64,000 nucleotides of DNA, from assembly GCA_963713855.1 (NCBI GenBank), contig OY970209.1:160001-224000 (forward strand). The letters run 5' to 3'. The notes below the pieces were generated by a model, which did no database searches, was not told where the DNA came from, and saw nothing but the letters and a program-made list of their open reading frames with translations. Source of the DNA: an uncultured bacterium. Lineage in GTDB: Bacteria > Babelota > Babeliae > Babelales > Babelaceae. Below are positions 28,622-38,164 of the stretch, in pieces; within the stretch, counting starts at the first letter, position 1; every line of letters begins with the position of its first letter. The position numbers were made by a program, and so were the translations under genes.

Positions 28622-28890
28622 ACAATTCCTTTAAGCTTTTAGCTTGTTTCTCGCGCGCACAATATGCCGCTGCAAAATGCAAGCAAAAAAGCGAAGAAAA
28701 TAAACACTAAATATGATATTGGGAATTCGTACAAAGATCGCACTCGATCTTCAAACAAAAAAGATCGTTTTCAGCGCGTTGCGAGGATACGCAAAATTGG
28801 AGAGACTTTCATGCCAAAAACTCCTGACTATAAAATAAAGATGCTATTAAGTATACGTATAAAAACGGCTTAAAGTCAAGAGGGGCACCG

Positions 28891-30021
28891 TTAATCAACT
28901 AAAAGTCTCGGAATAGTTCGATCTATCCCTGCTAAAAGCTCATTAACCCTTTTTTGAGCCATTAAAGCTACTGCATAGACATCAATACCAGGCGTAGTAC
29001 CGATCAGTGTAACGATATCATCGGGCTTTACGTTTGGAAATCGTGTTACATCAGCTACCAAAAAAGACTTAGCAAGACTTCCAACAAGTGGTGCTTTATT
29101 TCCACCTACCTCAACGGAAGCCTTTCCTATAAGCGAGTAGGGATATCCCGAGGCCGAGCTTACAGGAATAAGTGCCAGAAGCTGATCTTTTTTACTTATA
29201 AGGTCTGTAACACGAGATTTCCAAGAAAGAACTTGTCTTAAAGAAAGTGATTTCAGCGCTATCCCATGAGCATCTGAGCTTTTTAGTAATCCATAGGCAT
29301 AGCTTCCTATTCGTATAAGGGAGCCTTTTATTTCACGTTGCAAACGTAGATGAGCAGTAATACCTGCTGATGCTAATGCATGCACGTGCGGCACAAGAAT
29401 GCCATTATCTTGAAGCTCTTTTAAGCACCGCTCAAAAACACCAAGCTCTTCTTGCATGTCTTCAGGATTCTTGCCGACGTTGTCAGATAGATGCGTGCAT
29501 ATACCCGCATATTCTATAGAAGGCATACTGTAAAGCATTTTAGAAAAAGCAATAACACGATCTGGTGCTATACCCCTTCGTGAAAGTCCCACATCAACTT
29601 TGACGTGTACGCGAGCAACCGTTGAAAATTGGCGCGCGTGAAAAGCAAACTCGCCGACATTAGCAGTATCATCAATAACGACGTCAATCGAGTGACGTAC
29701 TGCATCTTGAGCCTTTCCGTCACAGGTATAAGACATTGCAAGGATGCGTTTTGTAACGCCATAGGATCGTAATAAAAGAGCCTCTTCGATACCAGCAGTA
29801 CAAAGCCAGGAAACGTGAGGATACTCAGCAACAAGCTTGCTTATTACCTCTATACCGTGCCCATACGCATTAGCTTTAACAACAACACCAAGCTGCGAAT
29901 CGGGACATAAGGACGTGATTGCGGCAATATTGTGCGATAATGCCGATTGACTGATTTCTATCCACTGTAACAAACGTTTGCTCAAAAAGCGGAGAAGGGA
30001 AGTTTGACTTCCCTTCTCCAT
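28891..30021 (-). CDS. alr: Alanine racemase homologue with degenerate C-terminal domain
   Basis: PLP-lysine motif VVKANAYGHG and HVKVDVGLSRRG are present; the C-terminal GYG, GYADG and GRVCMD motifs are missing or altered. Confidence 0.8.
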   Translation of the reverse strand: MEKGSQTSLLRFLSKRLLQWIEISQSALSHNIAAITSLCPDSQLGVVVKANAYGHGIEVISKLVAEYPHVSWLCTAGIEEALLLRSYGVTKRILAMSYTCDGKAQDAVRHSIDVVIDDTANVGEFAFHARQFSTVARVHVKVDVGLSRRGIAPDRVIAFSKMLYSMPSIEYAGICTHLSDNVGKNPEDMQEELGVFERCLKELQDNGILVPHVHALASAGITAHLRLQREIKGSLIRIGSYAYGLLKSSDAHGIALKSLSLRQVLSWKSRVTDLISKKDQLLALIPVSSASGYPYSLIGKASVEVGGNKAPLVGSLAKSFLVADVTRFPNVKPDDIVTLIGTTPGIDVYAVALMAQKRVNELLAGIDRTIPRLLVD

Positions 30022-30026
30022 GTATT

Positions 30027-30692
30027 TTATTTAATGTCGATAGCTTTAGATTGATACGATTCTGCTTTAATACGAAGTGTGCCGTTTGCGTACTCCGCAA
30101 CTAAATGCGCAGGATCTATGACGCGAGGAAGCGAGCGACTATACATATTAGCAGCTTTATAGGTTGAGCTACTTAATATTTCCCCCTTTGGATTCTTCTT
30201 TTCTTCAGTGACATCCATCTGAGCCATAACGTCGATGCTATTTCTATAGACCTTTATACCCATCAATGTATCATCTGAAGTGAATGTAAAAAGGGCAAAT
30301 TGACCACCCGCGCCTACCTGTCCTTTAATGTCCTCTTTTTTAGCCGACAGACCTTTTATTTCTATCACCAAACCCTGACCATCTTTCTCAGGAAGAAACT
30401 CTACTTTTGGCAACTTTACAACGTTCCTGTCGAACATACGCTGGGTACCAACTCTTTCTGACCAAAATGGAGACACAAACCAGCTAGAAGCCATTCGCTC
30501 AAAATTCTGAGCAAGGTCTTCGGCCTCAGCCGCAAAACCTCGAGTTACTTCTGGGCTTTCTGGCTTATTTTCTTGGGCCACCATTTGAGCTTTTTCTTCG
30601 GTGCGCTTTTTGGCTTCTTTTGCTTTAATCGCACCAAAGCATAAAACTATAACCAAAGTGGCAGGAATAACGCTTTTGACTGCTCTGTTCAT
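30027..30692 (-). CDS. Exported Hsp20/alpha-crystallin-like protein
   Basis: Signal peptide; IEIKGLSAKKEDI and YSRSLPRVIDPAHLVAEYANGTLRI motifs; terminal IDI (IxI) motif. Confidence 0.7.
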   Translation of the reverse strand: MNRAVKSVIPATLVIVLCFGAIKAKEAKKRTEEKAQMVAQENKPESPEVTRGFAAEAEDLAQNFERMASSWFVSPFWSERVGTQRMFDRNVVKLPKVEFLPEKDGQGLVIEIKGLSAKKEDIKGQVGAGGQFALFTFTSDDTLMGIKVYRNSIDVMAQMDVTEEKKNPKGEILSSSTYKAANMYSRSLPRVIDPAHLVAEYANGTLRIKAESYQSKAIDIK

Positions 30693-30862
30693 AAAAACCT
30701 CCTCATGTAGTCAAGAATAAAAACTATGCAGGTCCCGCTTAACCCCCGTTTTCTCTCTAGTTTAGAAAAAATAACGCATTTTTCAATAAACTATTGCATT
30801 TTTAACATTTCAGTTGTTAAATTATTACCACTGTAATCTGAATGTTATTCGTAAGGGAAATA

Positions 30863-31462
30863 ATGAAGCAGACATATATTTTCTTTATCGTAGTTATAGC
30901 AAGTACATATATACCTGACTCATGGGCAAGAAGGCAACATTCATCGTATAGGGCAGGTGGGCGGACTTCTACTTTTAGGTCTCGATCACCACATTCTACC
31001 CGCTCATACTATGGACGTGGAACGACTAGACTGTCTGCTAACCGGTTTAACACCGGTTCTAGAAGAGGATCTTCAACCCAAACTATGAGAAATTTTGCCG
31101 GAAACAGAATGCCTTCTAAAACAAGAGCCGGTTATTATTCTAGACCTGACTATGCACATAACGCACGTCGGCATAATCGCACTCACACACATCATCACAA
31201 TCATAAAAACCGACATCCATTCTCGAGGCGTAATTTTGGCTTTAACGGCGGGGGTTTTGGCGGCGGTGGCTTTGGTGGAGGCTGTGGCTGGGGCGATTGC
31301 GGATTTGGCTTAGGATGGGGACCATTCTGGGGCTGGGGCCCAGGATACGGCGGATACGCAGATCAAGCACCATCTCCAACCTATATAATAAACGACCAGC
31401 GCACATGCGATAATTGTTCTCCTTCAGACTACTACGATGAAGAAGAGGAACTTTATACATAA
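30863..31462 (+). CDS. Exported low-complexity Arg/Ser-, His- and Gly/Trp-rich protein
   Basis: ORF 30842-31462, signal peptide from ATG 30863. Has an RS-rich block, a His cluster, GGFGGG/WGP repeats and an acidic tail. Confidence 0.7.
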   Translation: MKQTYIFFIVVIASTYIPDSWARRQHSSYRAGGRTSTFRSRSPHSTRSYYGRGTTRLSANRFNTGSRRGSSTQTMRNFAGNRMPSKTRAGYYSRPDYAHNARRHNRTHTHHHNHKNRHPFSRRNFGFNGGGFGGGGFGGGCGWGDCGFGLGWGPFWGWGPGYGGYADQAPSPTYIINDQRTCDNCSPSDYYDEEEELYT

Positions 31463-31538
31463 GCATTCCAAATAAGCTAGGCGAAAAAGACCGTTGAGTA
31501 TTTATTGGAGCAAATAACTCATTTAAGAGGTATCGGCG

Positions 31539-31576
31539 ACAAATGCATTTGCTCATATGCGCATTTGTGATATAGT
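31539..31576 (+). promoter_or_regulatory. Sigma70-like promoter overlapped by palindromic operators (likely antitoxin autorepression site)
   Basis: -35 TTGCTC (31549-31554) and -10 TATAGT (31571-31576). Palindrome CAAATGCATTTG at 31540-31551 and inverted pair ACAAATGC (31539-31546) / GCATTTGT (31561-31568). Confidence 0.55.
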
Positions 31577-31603
31577 AGGAAATAATCACTTTTTTGGAAA
31601 AAT

Positions 31604-31870
31604 ATGAAAAATGAAGAAACAGTAAGGCTAACTCTGGAAATCCCCAAAAAATATCATAGAAAGCTTAAGAGCTTTGCAGCCATGCATGGCAAAACCATAA
31701 AAGAGGTTGTTCTTGATTCTACTGGCTATGTCATGGCTCAAGAAGAACAGATTGAGGAATGCAAACGTTGCCATGAGCCTAATGAAGATACTATTAAAGT
31801 CATTGAGGAAATGTTGCAGGGCAAAAATATAGCAAGGGCAAAAGACATTAAGGATCTTTTCAAAAATTAA
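31604..31870 (+). CDS. Ribbon-helix-helix antitoxin-like protein (RelB/DinJ-like C-terminus)
   Basis: RHH pattern VRLTLEIP...HRKLKSFAA..G.TIKEVV; PNEDTIKVIEE...DIKDLF tail typical of DinJ-like antitoxins. Confidence 0.75.
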   Translation: MKNEETVRLTLEIPKKYHRKLKSFAAMHGKTIKEVVLDSTGYVMAQEEQIEECKRCHEPNEDTIKVIEEMLQGKNIARAKDIKDLFKN

Positions 31871-31878
31871 GAGCTTAA

Positions 31879-31926
31879 ATGTTGGACGGTATCTATACCA
31901 AAAAATTTTCGGATCTTTTTAGATAG
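31879..31926 (+). pseudogene. Stump of a YafQ/RelE-like toxin gene
   Basis: A 15-aa ORF MLDGIYTKKFSDLFR* starts 8 nt after the antitoxin stop and resembles the MLxxxYTKxFxxD start of YafQ toxins. Confidence 0.5.
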
Positions 31927-31954
31927 ACTTTGCTCTCTTTAGCACAACGCAATA

Positions 31955-34027
31955 CTAAAAATCCAAGTTCTTAAAAAATGCTTCTTTTTCTGGATTTCTG
32001 CCTAAAAAAGTATGTAGAAGTTTTTCAGGAGGTTTACTGCCCCCGGGCGCTAATATTGTCTCAACGTAACGCTTTCCAACTTCAGGATTTAACAAACCTT
32101 CTTTTTTAATGTAGTTAAAAAGGTCAAGCGCAAATACCTGTGACCAGAGGTAGCTATAATAGCGGGACCCGTAATCGGTTAAATGACTAAATGAGGTTTC
32201 AAAGTGGTCTTCAGGAACCCAAGCTATGTACGGACGTAAAGAAGTGTTCAATGCTCTTAAAATTGCACGTGTGTCCTTACGCTCGCCCTGTTTAAAGTAA
32301 TCGAGACAAAGTTGTGCAAAGTTTACCTGGCGCGTGATATCATCCCCAGAGTTAATATTTTTTAGGGCAATCATCGTGTTAGCAAGCGCATCAGGAAGCT
32401 TCTTTCCAGTAATATAATGACAACTTACAAGCTTAATGATTTCCTTATCCCACATCCATTGCTCAAACATCTGGGACGGGAGCTCCACAAAATCAAATTT
32501 AACATTTGTACCAGAAAAAGCGGCCATATAGGTAGCGCCCAAAAGCGCATGTAACGCGTGGCCAAATTCATGGAAAAAGGTCACCACGTCACGATGCCGC
32601 AAAAGAGCTGGCTTTCCTGGTGTAGGGCAGGGAAAATTAGCTATAACTAAACCCACGCCGGGATGTGCATCCCTATCAGAATAACGCAAAGAAGGTACAA
32701 GCGTTATGTGACAAAAATGCGTAAATTTATAATCTCGCGGAAATAGGTCAAGAAGAAGATACCCAACAAGAACGCCATCTATTTTTTGGACTTCAATAAC
32801 ACGCACATCGCCGTGCCAGTGCACAGACAGTGAAAGTGGCTTAAACCTGAGTGCAAGAAAGCGCTCATAAATATCAAAAAGCGCTTTAATTGTAGAATCA
32901 AGTGGAAAATACTCGGCGACAACCTCCGGATCTAAATCGTAATGCTTTTTTTGGTAATAGTTTTTAACGTATCCCCAGTCCCAAGGATTAAACTCTCCAG
33001 CCTCGGTAAGCGAAACACCAGAAGGAAGCTCCCGCTTATAACGCTCAGCTTGCTCAATTGCTTTGGGCTTAGAACGCTTTTCAATATCATGCAAAAAATG
33101 GCTCACCGTTTGCACCGTATGCGCCATTTCATCGGATATCTCATAAGACGCCCAGCTATCGTAACCGAGAATACGAGCTAATTGATCTCGCAGGGCTATA
33201 ATTTCATGAAGCACCGGCTCATTTTGAGGGTAAGCTCTACTCATATAAGCCTGCCACATCTTCTGACGGGTCGAACTTAAAGCTGCATTCTCCATGATTT
33301 TTGGATATGTAGGCGGATCAACAGGAACACGATAAAGTCCCTCAGGAGTTTTTGTAAGCCTTTTGATAAAATCGTCATCGAGACCAGCAAGAGCGTCGCG
33401 GGGTAAGGTAAGCTCTTTAATGTCGCTACTAATCGCTGCTTCAAATTTTTGCTCAAGGCGACCAAGCTCCTTCTTAAGGCTTTTTATTTCTTTCTGCTGG
33501 GTTTCAGGTAAGTTCAAGCCACTGCGTTTAAAAGCTTCAAGCGTCTCTTTTAAATAATATTTTTCTTCAGGATTTAATGATTCCCTTGTAGCGTTCTCAG
33601 CACTATACACAAGGAACGCTTTATATAGGGAGATATTTTGAGTCAATTCATCAATGCGAAATGCGAGAAGCTTTGTAAATCCTTCCTCGCAAGAAGAACG
33701 AATTTTTTCTTCAGGGCTGACTCTCTGGAGTGTCAGAAGAACACTCATTTGTTGGTCAAGTAAAGAGAGAGCTCGATCGTAGGTGTAGCATATAGTAGTA
33801 AAATTTCTTTCTTCAGGGTGCGTATTTATAAGCGTGGCAACCTGTTGACGAACTTTTTCAATAACACTATCTACAGATTCTCGCACACCTTCGGGATTTT
33901 GTGGAAAAAGTTTTAAAACATCTTCTGCGGTCTCAATAATAGGATCCATAAACTCCGGTCCTAGTTTAAAAAAACAAGCCTGTAGGAAGCATAACAGTAA
34001 AAGTAGACTTAACACTATATATGACAT
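31955..34027 (-). CDS. M3A family metallopeptidase (thimet oligopeptidase-like), possible lipoprotein
   Basis: TFFHEFGHALH, DFVELPSQMFE and YYSYLWS motifs; N-terminal hydrophobic stretch with LQAC. Confidence 0.93.
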   Translation of the reverse strand: MSYIVLSLLLLLCFLQACFFKLGPEFMDPIIETAEDVLKLFPQNPEGVRESVDSVIEKVRQQVATLINTHPEERNFTTICYTYDRALSLLDQQMSVLLTLQRVSPEEKIRSSCEEGFTKLLAFRIDELTQNISLYKAFLVYSAENATRESLNPEEKYYLKETLEAFKRSGLNLPETQQKEIKSLKKELGRLEQKFEAAISSDIKELTLPRDALAGLDDDFIKRLTKTPEGLYRVPVDPPTYPKIMENAALSSTRQKMWQAYMSRAYPQNEPVLHEIIALRDQLARILGYDSWASYEISDEMAHTVQTVSHFLHDIEKRSKPKAIEQAERYKRELPSGVSLTEAGEFNPWDWGYVKNYYQKKHYDLDPEVVAEYFPLDSTIKALFDIYERFLALRFKPLSLSVHWHGDVRVIEVQKIDGVLVGYLLLDLFPRDYKFTHFCHITLVPSLRYSDRDAHPGVGLVIANFPCPTPGKPALLRHRDVVTFFHEFGHALHALLGATYMAAFSGTNVKFDFVELPSQMFEQWMWDKEIIKLVSCHYITGKKLPDALANTMIALKNINSGDDITRQVNFAQLCLDYFKQGERKDTRAILRALNTSLRPYIAWVPEDHFETSFSHLTDYGSRYYSYLWSQVFALDLFNYIKKEGLLNPEVGKRYVETILAPGGSKPPEKLLHTFLGRNPEKEAFFKNLDF

Positions 34028-34082
34028 GGCTACTCATCACACATCCTTTTCTAGGGTTTTTCTTAAGTGACAATTTAGTGTA

Positions 34083-36041
34083 TCAAAGAAGTCGTTTAAG
34101 TTCAAACCACTCTTCCCGCAACTTAATTGCGTGCTCAAAATCAAATTTTTCAGCGGCTTGGTCCATTTGCTTTTCAAGTTGCGCTATACGAGCTACAAGC
34201 GTGCTATAATCTAGTTCTTCTTTACGGCCTTTTGCTCGTTTGCCTTTAGAAGCTGCAGCAATTGCTTTTTGGAGAGGAGAAATGCTTTTAGTTACTTCTC
34301 GCTTTACCGAAAGTGGCTCAAAGTTGTGCTTTTCATTATATTCTTGCTGCAATTCACGTCGACGACTTGTCTCTTCTATCGCTGCCTGCATCGAACGCGT
34401 TATGCGATCAGCATAGAGGATGACCCTGGAATTAACATTTCGAGCTGCTCGGCCCACAATTTGTATTAATGACCGTTTATCACGTAAAAAGCTTTCCATA
34501 TCAGCATCGAGAATAGCAACAAGCGCTACTTCGGGTAAATCGAGACCCTCCCGGAGAAGGTTGACACCAACCAAACATTCAAAAACGCCAAGGCGCAGCT
34601 TGTGTAAAAGTTCTGTACGCTGGGGTGTTTTGATATCGTGGTGCATATAGCAAACTTTTATATGATTTTCTTCAAGATAACGTGCAAGCTCTTCCGCCAA
34701 TTTTTTTGTCAGCACCATGACCAATGATCGTCCACCTTGAGCGCTCACACTTTTTATAGACTCTATAAGATTTGTCATTTGGCCTTCACGCGGGTGCACC
34801 TCAATTAAAGGATCGACTATACCTGTAGGCCTAATAACCTGTTCAACAACTTTTTGACTATGCGAAAGCTCATATTCACCAGGTGTTGCAGAAACAAAAA
34901 TAACGTCTTCAAAATAGCGCTCAATCTCCTCAAACTTAAGTGGCCTATTATCACGCGCTGAAGGCAACCTAAAACCAAAATCTACCAATGATTGCTTTCT
35001 TGCTTGGTCTCCACCGTACATTCCCCGCAGCTGCGGGATGGTAATGTGGGACTCGTCAATAACAAGAAGAAAGTCGTCAAAAAAATTAAGAAGGCAATAA
35101 GGTGGCTCACCCGGCTTTCTGCCATCAAAATGGACAGAATAATTTTCGATTCCAGGACAGATTCCCGTCTCATGAAGAAGTTCTATGTCATGAGCTACAC
35201 GCATTCTTAACCGTTCTTGGTAAAGCGGATTTGAAAGCTGTGGTAGCCAGCCTTCAAGCTCAGTTTCAATACTTTTGAATGCACTTGCTCGCTTATCATC
35301 CGTTGTGACAAAATGACGAGCTGGGAAAATAAGCACGTTATCAAGCTCAGAAAGCACTTTATTATCAAAACGGCTTACCCACTCAAGGCGTGATATGTTG
35401 GAGCCATCAAGCTCAATACGCAATTTTTCCCTCTGATACGGAAGCAAAACCTCAATAGCTGACCCATAGACCTGAAAGGTACCCGGCTCTTTTTGAGTTT
35501 CATTTCGCATATACTGAATATAAATGAGCTGCCGAATAAGGTCTGACCTCGTAATAGAATCACCTAACTTCAACGGAAGGGCTAATTTCTTATAATCCGA
35601 AGGGTTTCCCAACGAGTAGATGCAAGAAACTGACGCCACGACGATTGTATCAGGTCTATTAATAATAGAAGCTGTGGCCTCTATGCGAAGACGCTCTATC
35701 TCGCTATTAATCTTGGTCTCTTTAGGAATATACATATCCTGAGCCGGTAAATAAGACTCGGGCTGGTAATAATCGTAATAACTCACAAAATAGCAGACCT
35801 TGTTTTCAGGAAAGAAGAGCGAAAACTCTTCATACAATTGCGCTGCAAGCGTTTTATTAGGAGAAAGCACGAGAACCGGCTTATCTTGCTTTGCTATAAC
35901 ATTTGCGATCGTATATGTTTTTCCTGATCCGGTCACACCCATAAGCGTTGACTTTCCAGGCCTTATTGCTGAAAGTTCCTCTATCGCCCGTCCCTGATCA
36001 CCGGCTGGGGCAAAAGGAGCTCGTAGTTTAAAAAGTGCCAT
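34083..36041 (-). CDS. uvrB: Excinuclease ABC subunit B
   Basis: GVTGSGKT, NKTLAAQLY, YFVSYYDYYQPE, DESH and NLLREGLDLPEV motifs; C-terminal UVR domain. Confidence 0.99.
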   Translation of the reverse strand: MALFKLRAPFAPAGDQGRAIEELSAIRPGKSTLMGVTGSGKTYTIANVIAKQDKPVLVLSPNKTLAAQLYEEFSLFFPENKVCYFVSYYDYYQPESYLPAQDMYIPKETKINSEIERLRIEATASIINRPDTIVVASVSCIYSLGNPSDYKKLALPLKLGDSITRSDLIRQLIYIQYMRNETQKEPGTFQVYGSAIEVLLPYQREKLRIELDGSNISRLEWVSRFDNKVLSELDNVLIFPARHFVTTDDKRASAFKSIETELEGWLPQLSNPLYQERLRMRVAHDIELLHETGICPGIENYSVHFDGRKPGEPPYCLLNFFDDFLLVIDESHITIPQLRGMYGGDQARKQSLVDFGFRLPSARDNRPLKFEEIERYFEDVIFVSATPGEYELSHSQKVVEQVIRPTGIVDPLIEVHPREGQMTNLIESIKSVSAQGGRSLVMVLTKKLAEELARYLEENHIKVCYMHHDIKTPQRTELLHKLRLGVFECLVGVNLLREGLDLPEVALVAILDADMESFLRDKRSLIQIVGRAARNVNSRVILYADRITRSMQAAIEETSRRRELQQEYNEKHNFEPLSVKREVTKSISPLQKAIAAASKGKRAKGRKEELDYSTLVARIAQLEKQMDQAAEKFDFEHAIKLREEWFELKRLL

Positions 36042-36120
36042 AGTTTATGTTTCCTTTATTTTTACCAATTATAGCATCAAAAACCGCTTCTGGCTATCTA
36101 AATGAACATATACCCATAGC

Positions 36121-36157
36121 AAAAAAAGAGGTATCTACCAGTGCGGGCAGATACCTC
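36121..36157 (-). terminator. Intrinsic terminator for the minus-strand TPR gene
   Basis: GAGGTATCT / AGATACCTC inverted repeat with an A7 run on the left, which is a U-tract on the minus strand. Confidence 0.7.
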
Positions 36158-36181
36158 AAAGTTGATTACTAAAAATAGATT

Positions 36182-36952
36182 TTAAAGCTCTGTTCGCTCT
36201 TTCGGGCCTTCAAGGTCAAAGGGCGCTTTAAGTTTTCGCTTACAATCTATAAGCATTTTGCTTGCCTTTCTATGTAAGGCTTGATAGTCGTCGCTTAGAG
36301 CCGCAAACTCAATGCCTGCAGTGCCGGGCTCAACATCGTTAACCTTATTCATGGCATCAAGCAGATTAGAATACATGGTTTTTAGCACGGATCGGGCCAT
36401 AAAGCGCTCAGCCTTTGCACTATCGTTTTTCAAGCAATAGATAATTGCCAAATTATAGAATGTCTTAAAATCAAATAATCCATCCAATCTAGCCGCCTTT
36501 ATAAACGTTGCTTCAGATTCATCCAAAGCGCCTTTATTATACTGGAGAACGCCAAGATTAAGATGTGCTTGCTCAAGATCTTCATCTAGTATTGTAGCTT
36601 CTTTGTAAAAGGCTTCGGCCTCATCCAAAAGTCCCCGTTGATGATAGAGTAAACCCAGATTAAACCATGCGATAGCTGATTTTTCTGCCGCTTTTCGGTA
36701 CATAAGCTCTGCTTCATCTATTTTATCATTTTCAAGTAAAAGATTTGCATAAGCTATTGTAGCATCAACATTGGAAAGTCCAACTTCTTCAAGAAGATAA
36801 TCCTCATGAATACTCTCCCAATCACTATCATCCGGCGGTAAAAAAGCCCAATGCGTTGCTAGTTTTGTGTCCTTAGGACACTGAACTTCTGTTACAGAGA
36901 ACAATAATGAGTGTGCTAGTAGTAAACTCATACCTGCTAATACGAGTATCAT
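36182..36952 (-). CDS. Exported TPR-repeat protein ending in RTEL
   Basis: Signal-like N-terminus; TPRs AWFNLGLLY...EAEAFYKEA, AHLNLGVLQ and TFYNLAIIY. Confidence 0.8.
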   Translation of the reverse strand: MILVLAGMSLLLAHSLLFSVTEVQCPKDTKLATHWAFLPPDDSDWESIHEDYLLEEVGLSNVDATIAYANLLLENDKIDEAELMYRKAAEKSAIAWFNLGLLYHQRGLLDEAEAFYKEATILDEDLEQAHLNLGVLQYNKGALDESEATFIKAARLDGLFDFKTFYNLAIIYCLKNDSAKAERFMARSVLKTMYSNLLDAMNKVNDVEPGTAGIEFAALSDDYQALHRKASKMLIDCKRKLKAPFDLEGPKERTEL

Positions 36953-36961
36953 AAGACCTCC

Positions 36962-38122
36962 TCACCTAGTTAGAGAGTTTTTCCGACATCTAGCATACAA
37001 AGATTCCATAGCTTGAGCAACACACTCGGGATGATACTTTTTAGAAGTTCTAAAAGCAGCAATAGAAAGCTCCCTTAAGCGTTCTGGGTTTTTTGAGAGA
37101 AACAGTAAGCGTTCAACCATTTCACTTTCCGAATTAACTAAAAAACCATTCACTCCATCGATTACCACATCACTCACGCCACTACCCGCAAATGCTATGA
37201 CAGGGGTGCCCTGTGAAAATGCTTCGGCTAAAACAATCCCCTGAGTTTCTGATCGTGAAGCAAAAATAAAGATATCAGCATCTTTGTAGCCTTCTAAAAG
37301 TTCAGATTTAGCTGGTTTTTCGATAAATATAGTTGCATCTGGTGACAGACTCAGTTTTTCGTATGCATACTCGCGTAAAGACTCGAGCAATGGCCCGTAA
37401 CCAATCAATGTCAATTGAGAAGAAGGGCACACTTTTTGGAATACGCAAAATGCCGAGAGGAGCGCTTCGATATTTTTTTCAGGAACAAAGCGAGATACAG
37501 TCAACAAACGTAGAGAACGACCAACAAAAGGACTTTTGAGGGGACATGTTTTTTGAAGAAAAAGAGGGGCAATACTGCTTGAAACGACGCTTATTGACGT
37601 ATTTAATGACGTATCAGTAATGTAGGTTTTGACCGACGCGGTAGGTGCTATAACATGGTCTACTTTCTGGCAAAAACGGCTTACAACCTTTTTGATGAGG
37701 GGCTTTAACAAAAATGAAGGAAATGGTATATAATGGGCATACTCAGCATAGAGAGTATGATGTGTAAAGATGACGGGAACACGAAAGACGCGAGCAACGT
37801 TAAGTGCTACAGGACCTAGCCCGAAAGGATGATGAACGTGCACAACTGAAGGCCTCCAACGTTCAAAAATAGCTTTCATTTGAGCTTTTGTTCGTATGGG
37901 TATAGGGATTATGTTCTTTTTGTACGAAAAGCGACCCAGACAGGTTATTCTCTCAACATATGCCTCTTCCAGTGACTCTTTTTCAAAAGCGAATGTTACA
38001 ACTACAACTGTGTGGCCTCTACTACGCAGTTCCGACGCTAAAGACTGTATGGAGCTAACAACTCCTCCACTATAGGGTGTATAGTTATTTGTCACCATTA
38101 AAATGGTGTACGAGCTTGACAT
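36962..38122 (-). CDS. Glycosyltransferase family 4 (glycolipid glucosyltransferase-like)
   Basis: Y.P..GGV..S, HVHHPF, FTHHT.Y.EY.HY and SRSETQGIVLAEA motifs. Confidence 0.92.
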   Translation of the reverse strand: MSSSYTILMVTNNYTPYSGGVVSSIQSLASELRSRGHTVVVVTFAFEKESLEEAYVERITCLGRFSYKKNIIPIPIRTKAQMKAIFERWRPSVVHVHHPFGLGPVALNVARVFRVPVIFTHHTLYAEYAHYIPFPSFLLKPLIKKVVSRFCQKVDHVIAPTASVKTYITDTSLNTSISVVSSSIAPLFLQKTCPLKSPFVGRSLRLLTVSRFVPEKNIEALLSAFCVFQKVCPSSQLTLIGYGPLLESLREYAYEKLSLSPDATIFIEKPAKSELLEGYKDADIFIFASRSETQGIVLAEAFSQGTPVIAFAGSGVSDVVIDGVNGFLVNSESEMVERLLFLSKNPERLRELSIAAFRTSKKYHPECVAQAMESLYARCRKNSLTR

Positions 38123-38164
38123 CTAGTTTGAAGCCTTAAGAAAATAGATAAGAGCTATTCGCGC

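Noticed and set aside
28664..28873. 69-aa plus-strand ORF between the ABC operon and alr
   Set aside because: No recognisable motif or RBS; probably the promoter/leader region of the minus-strand ABC genes.
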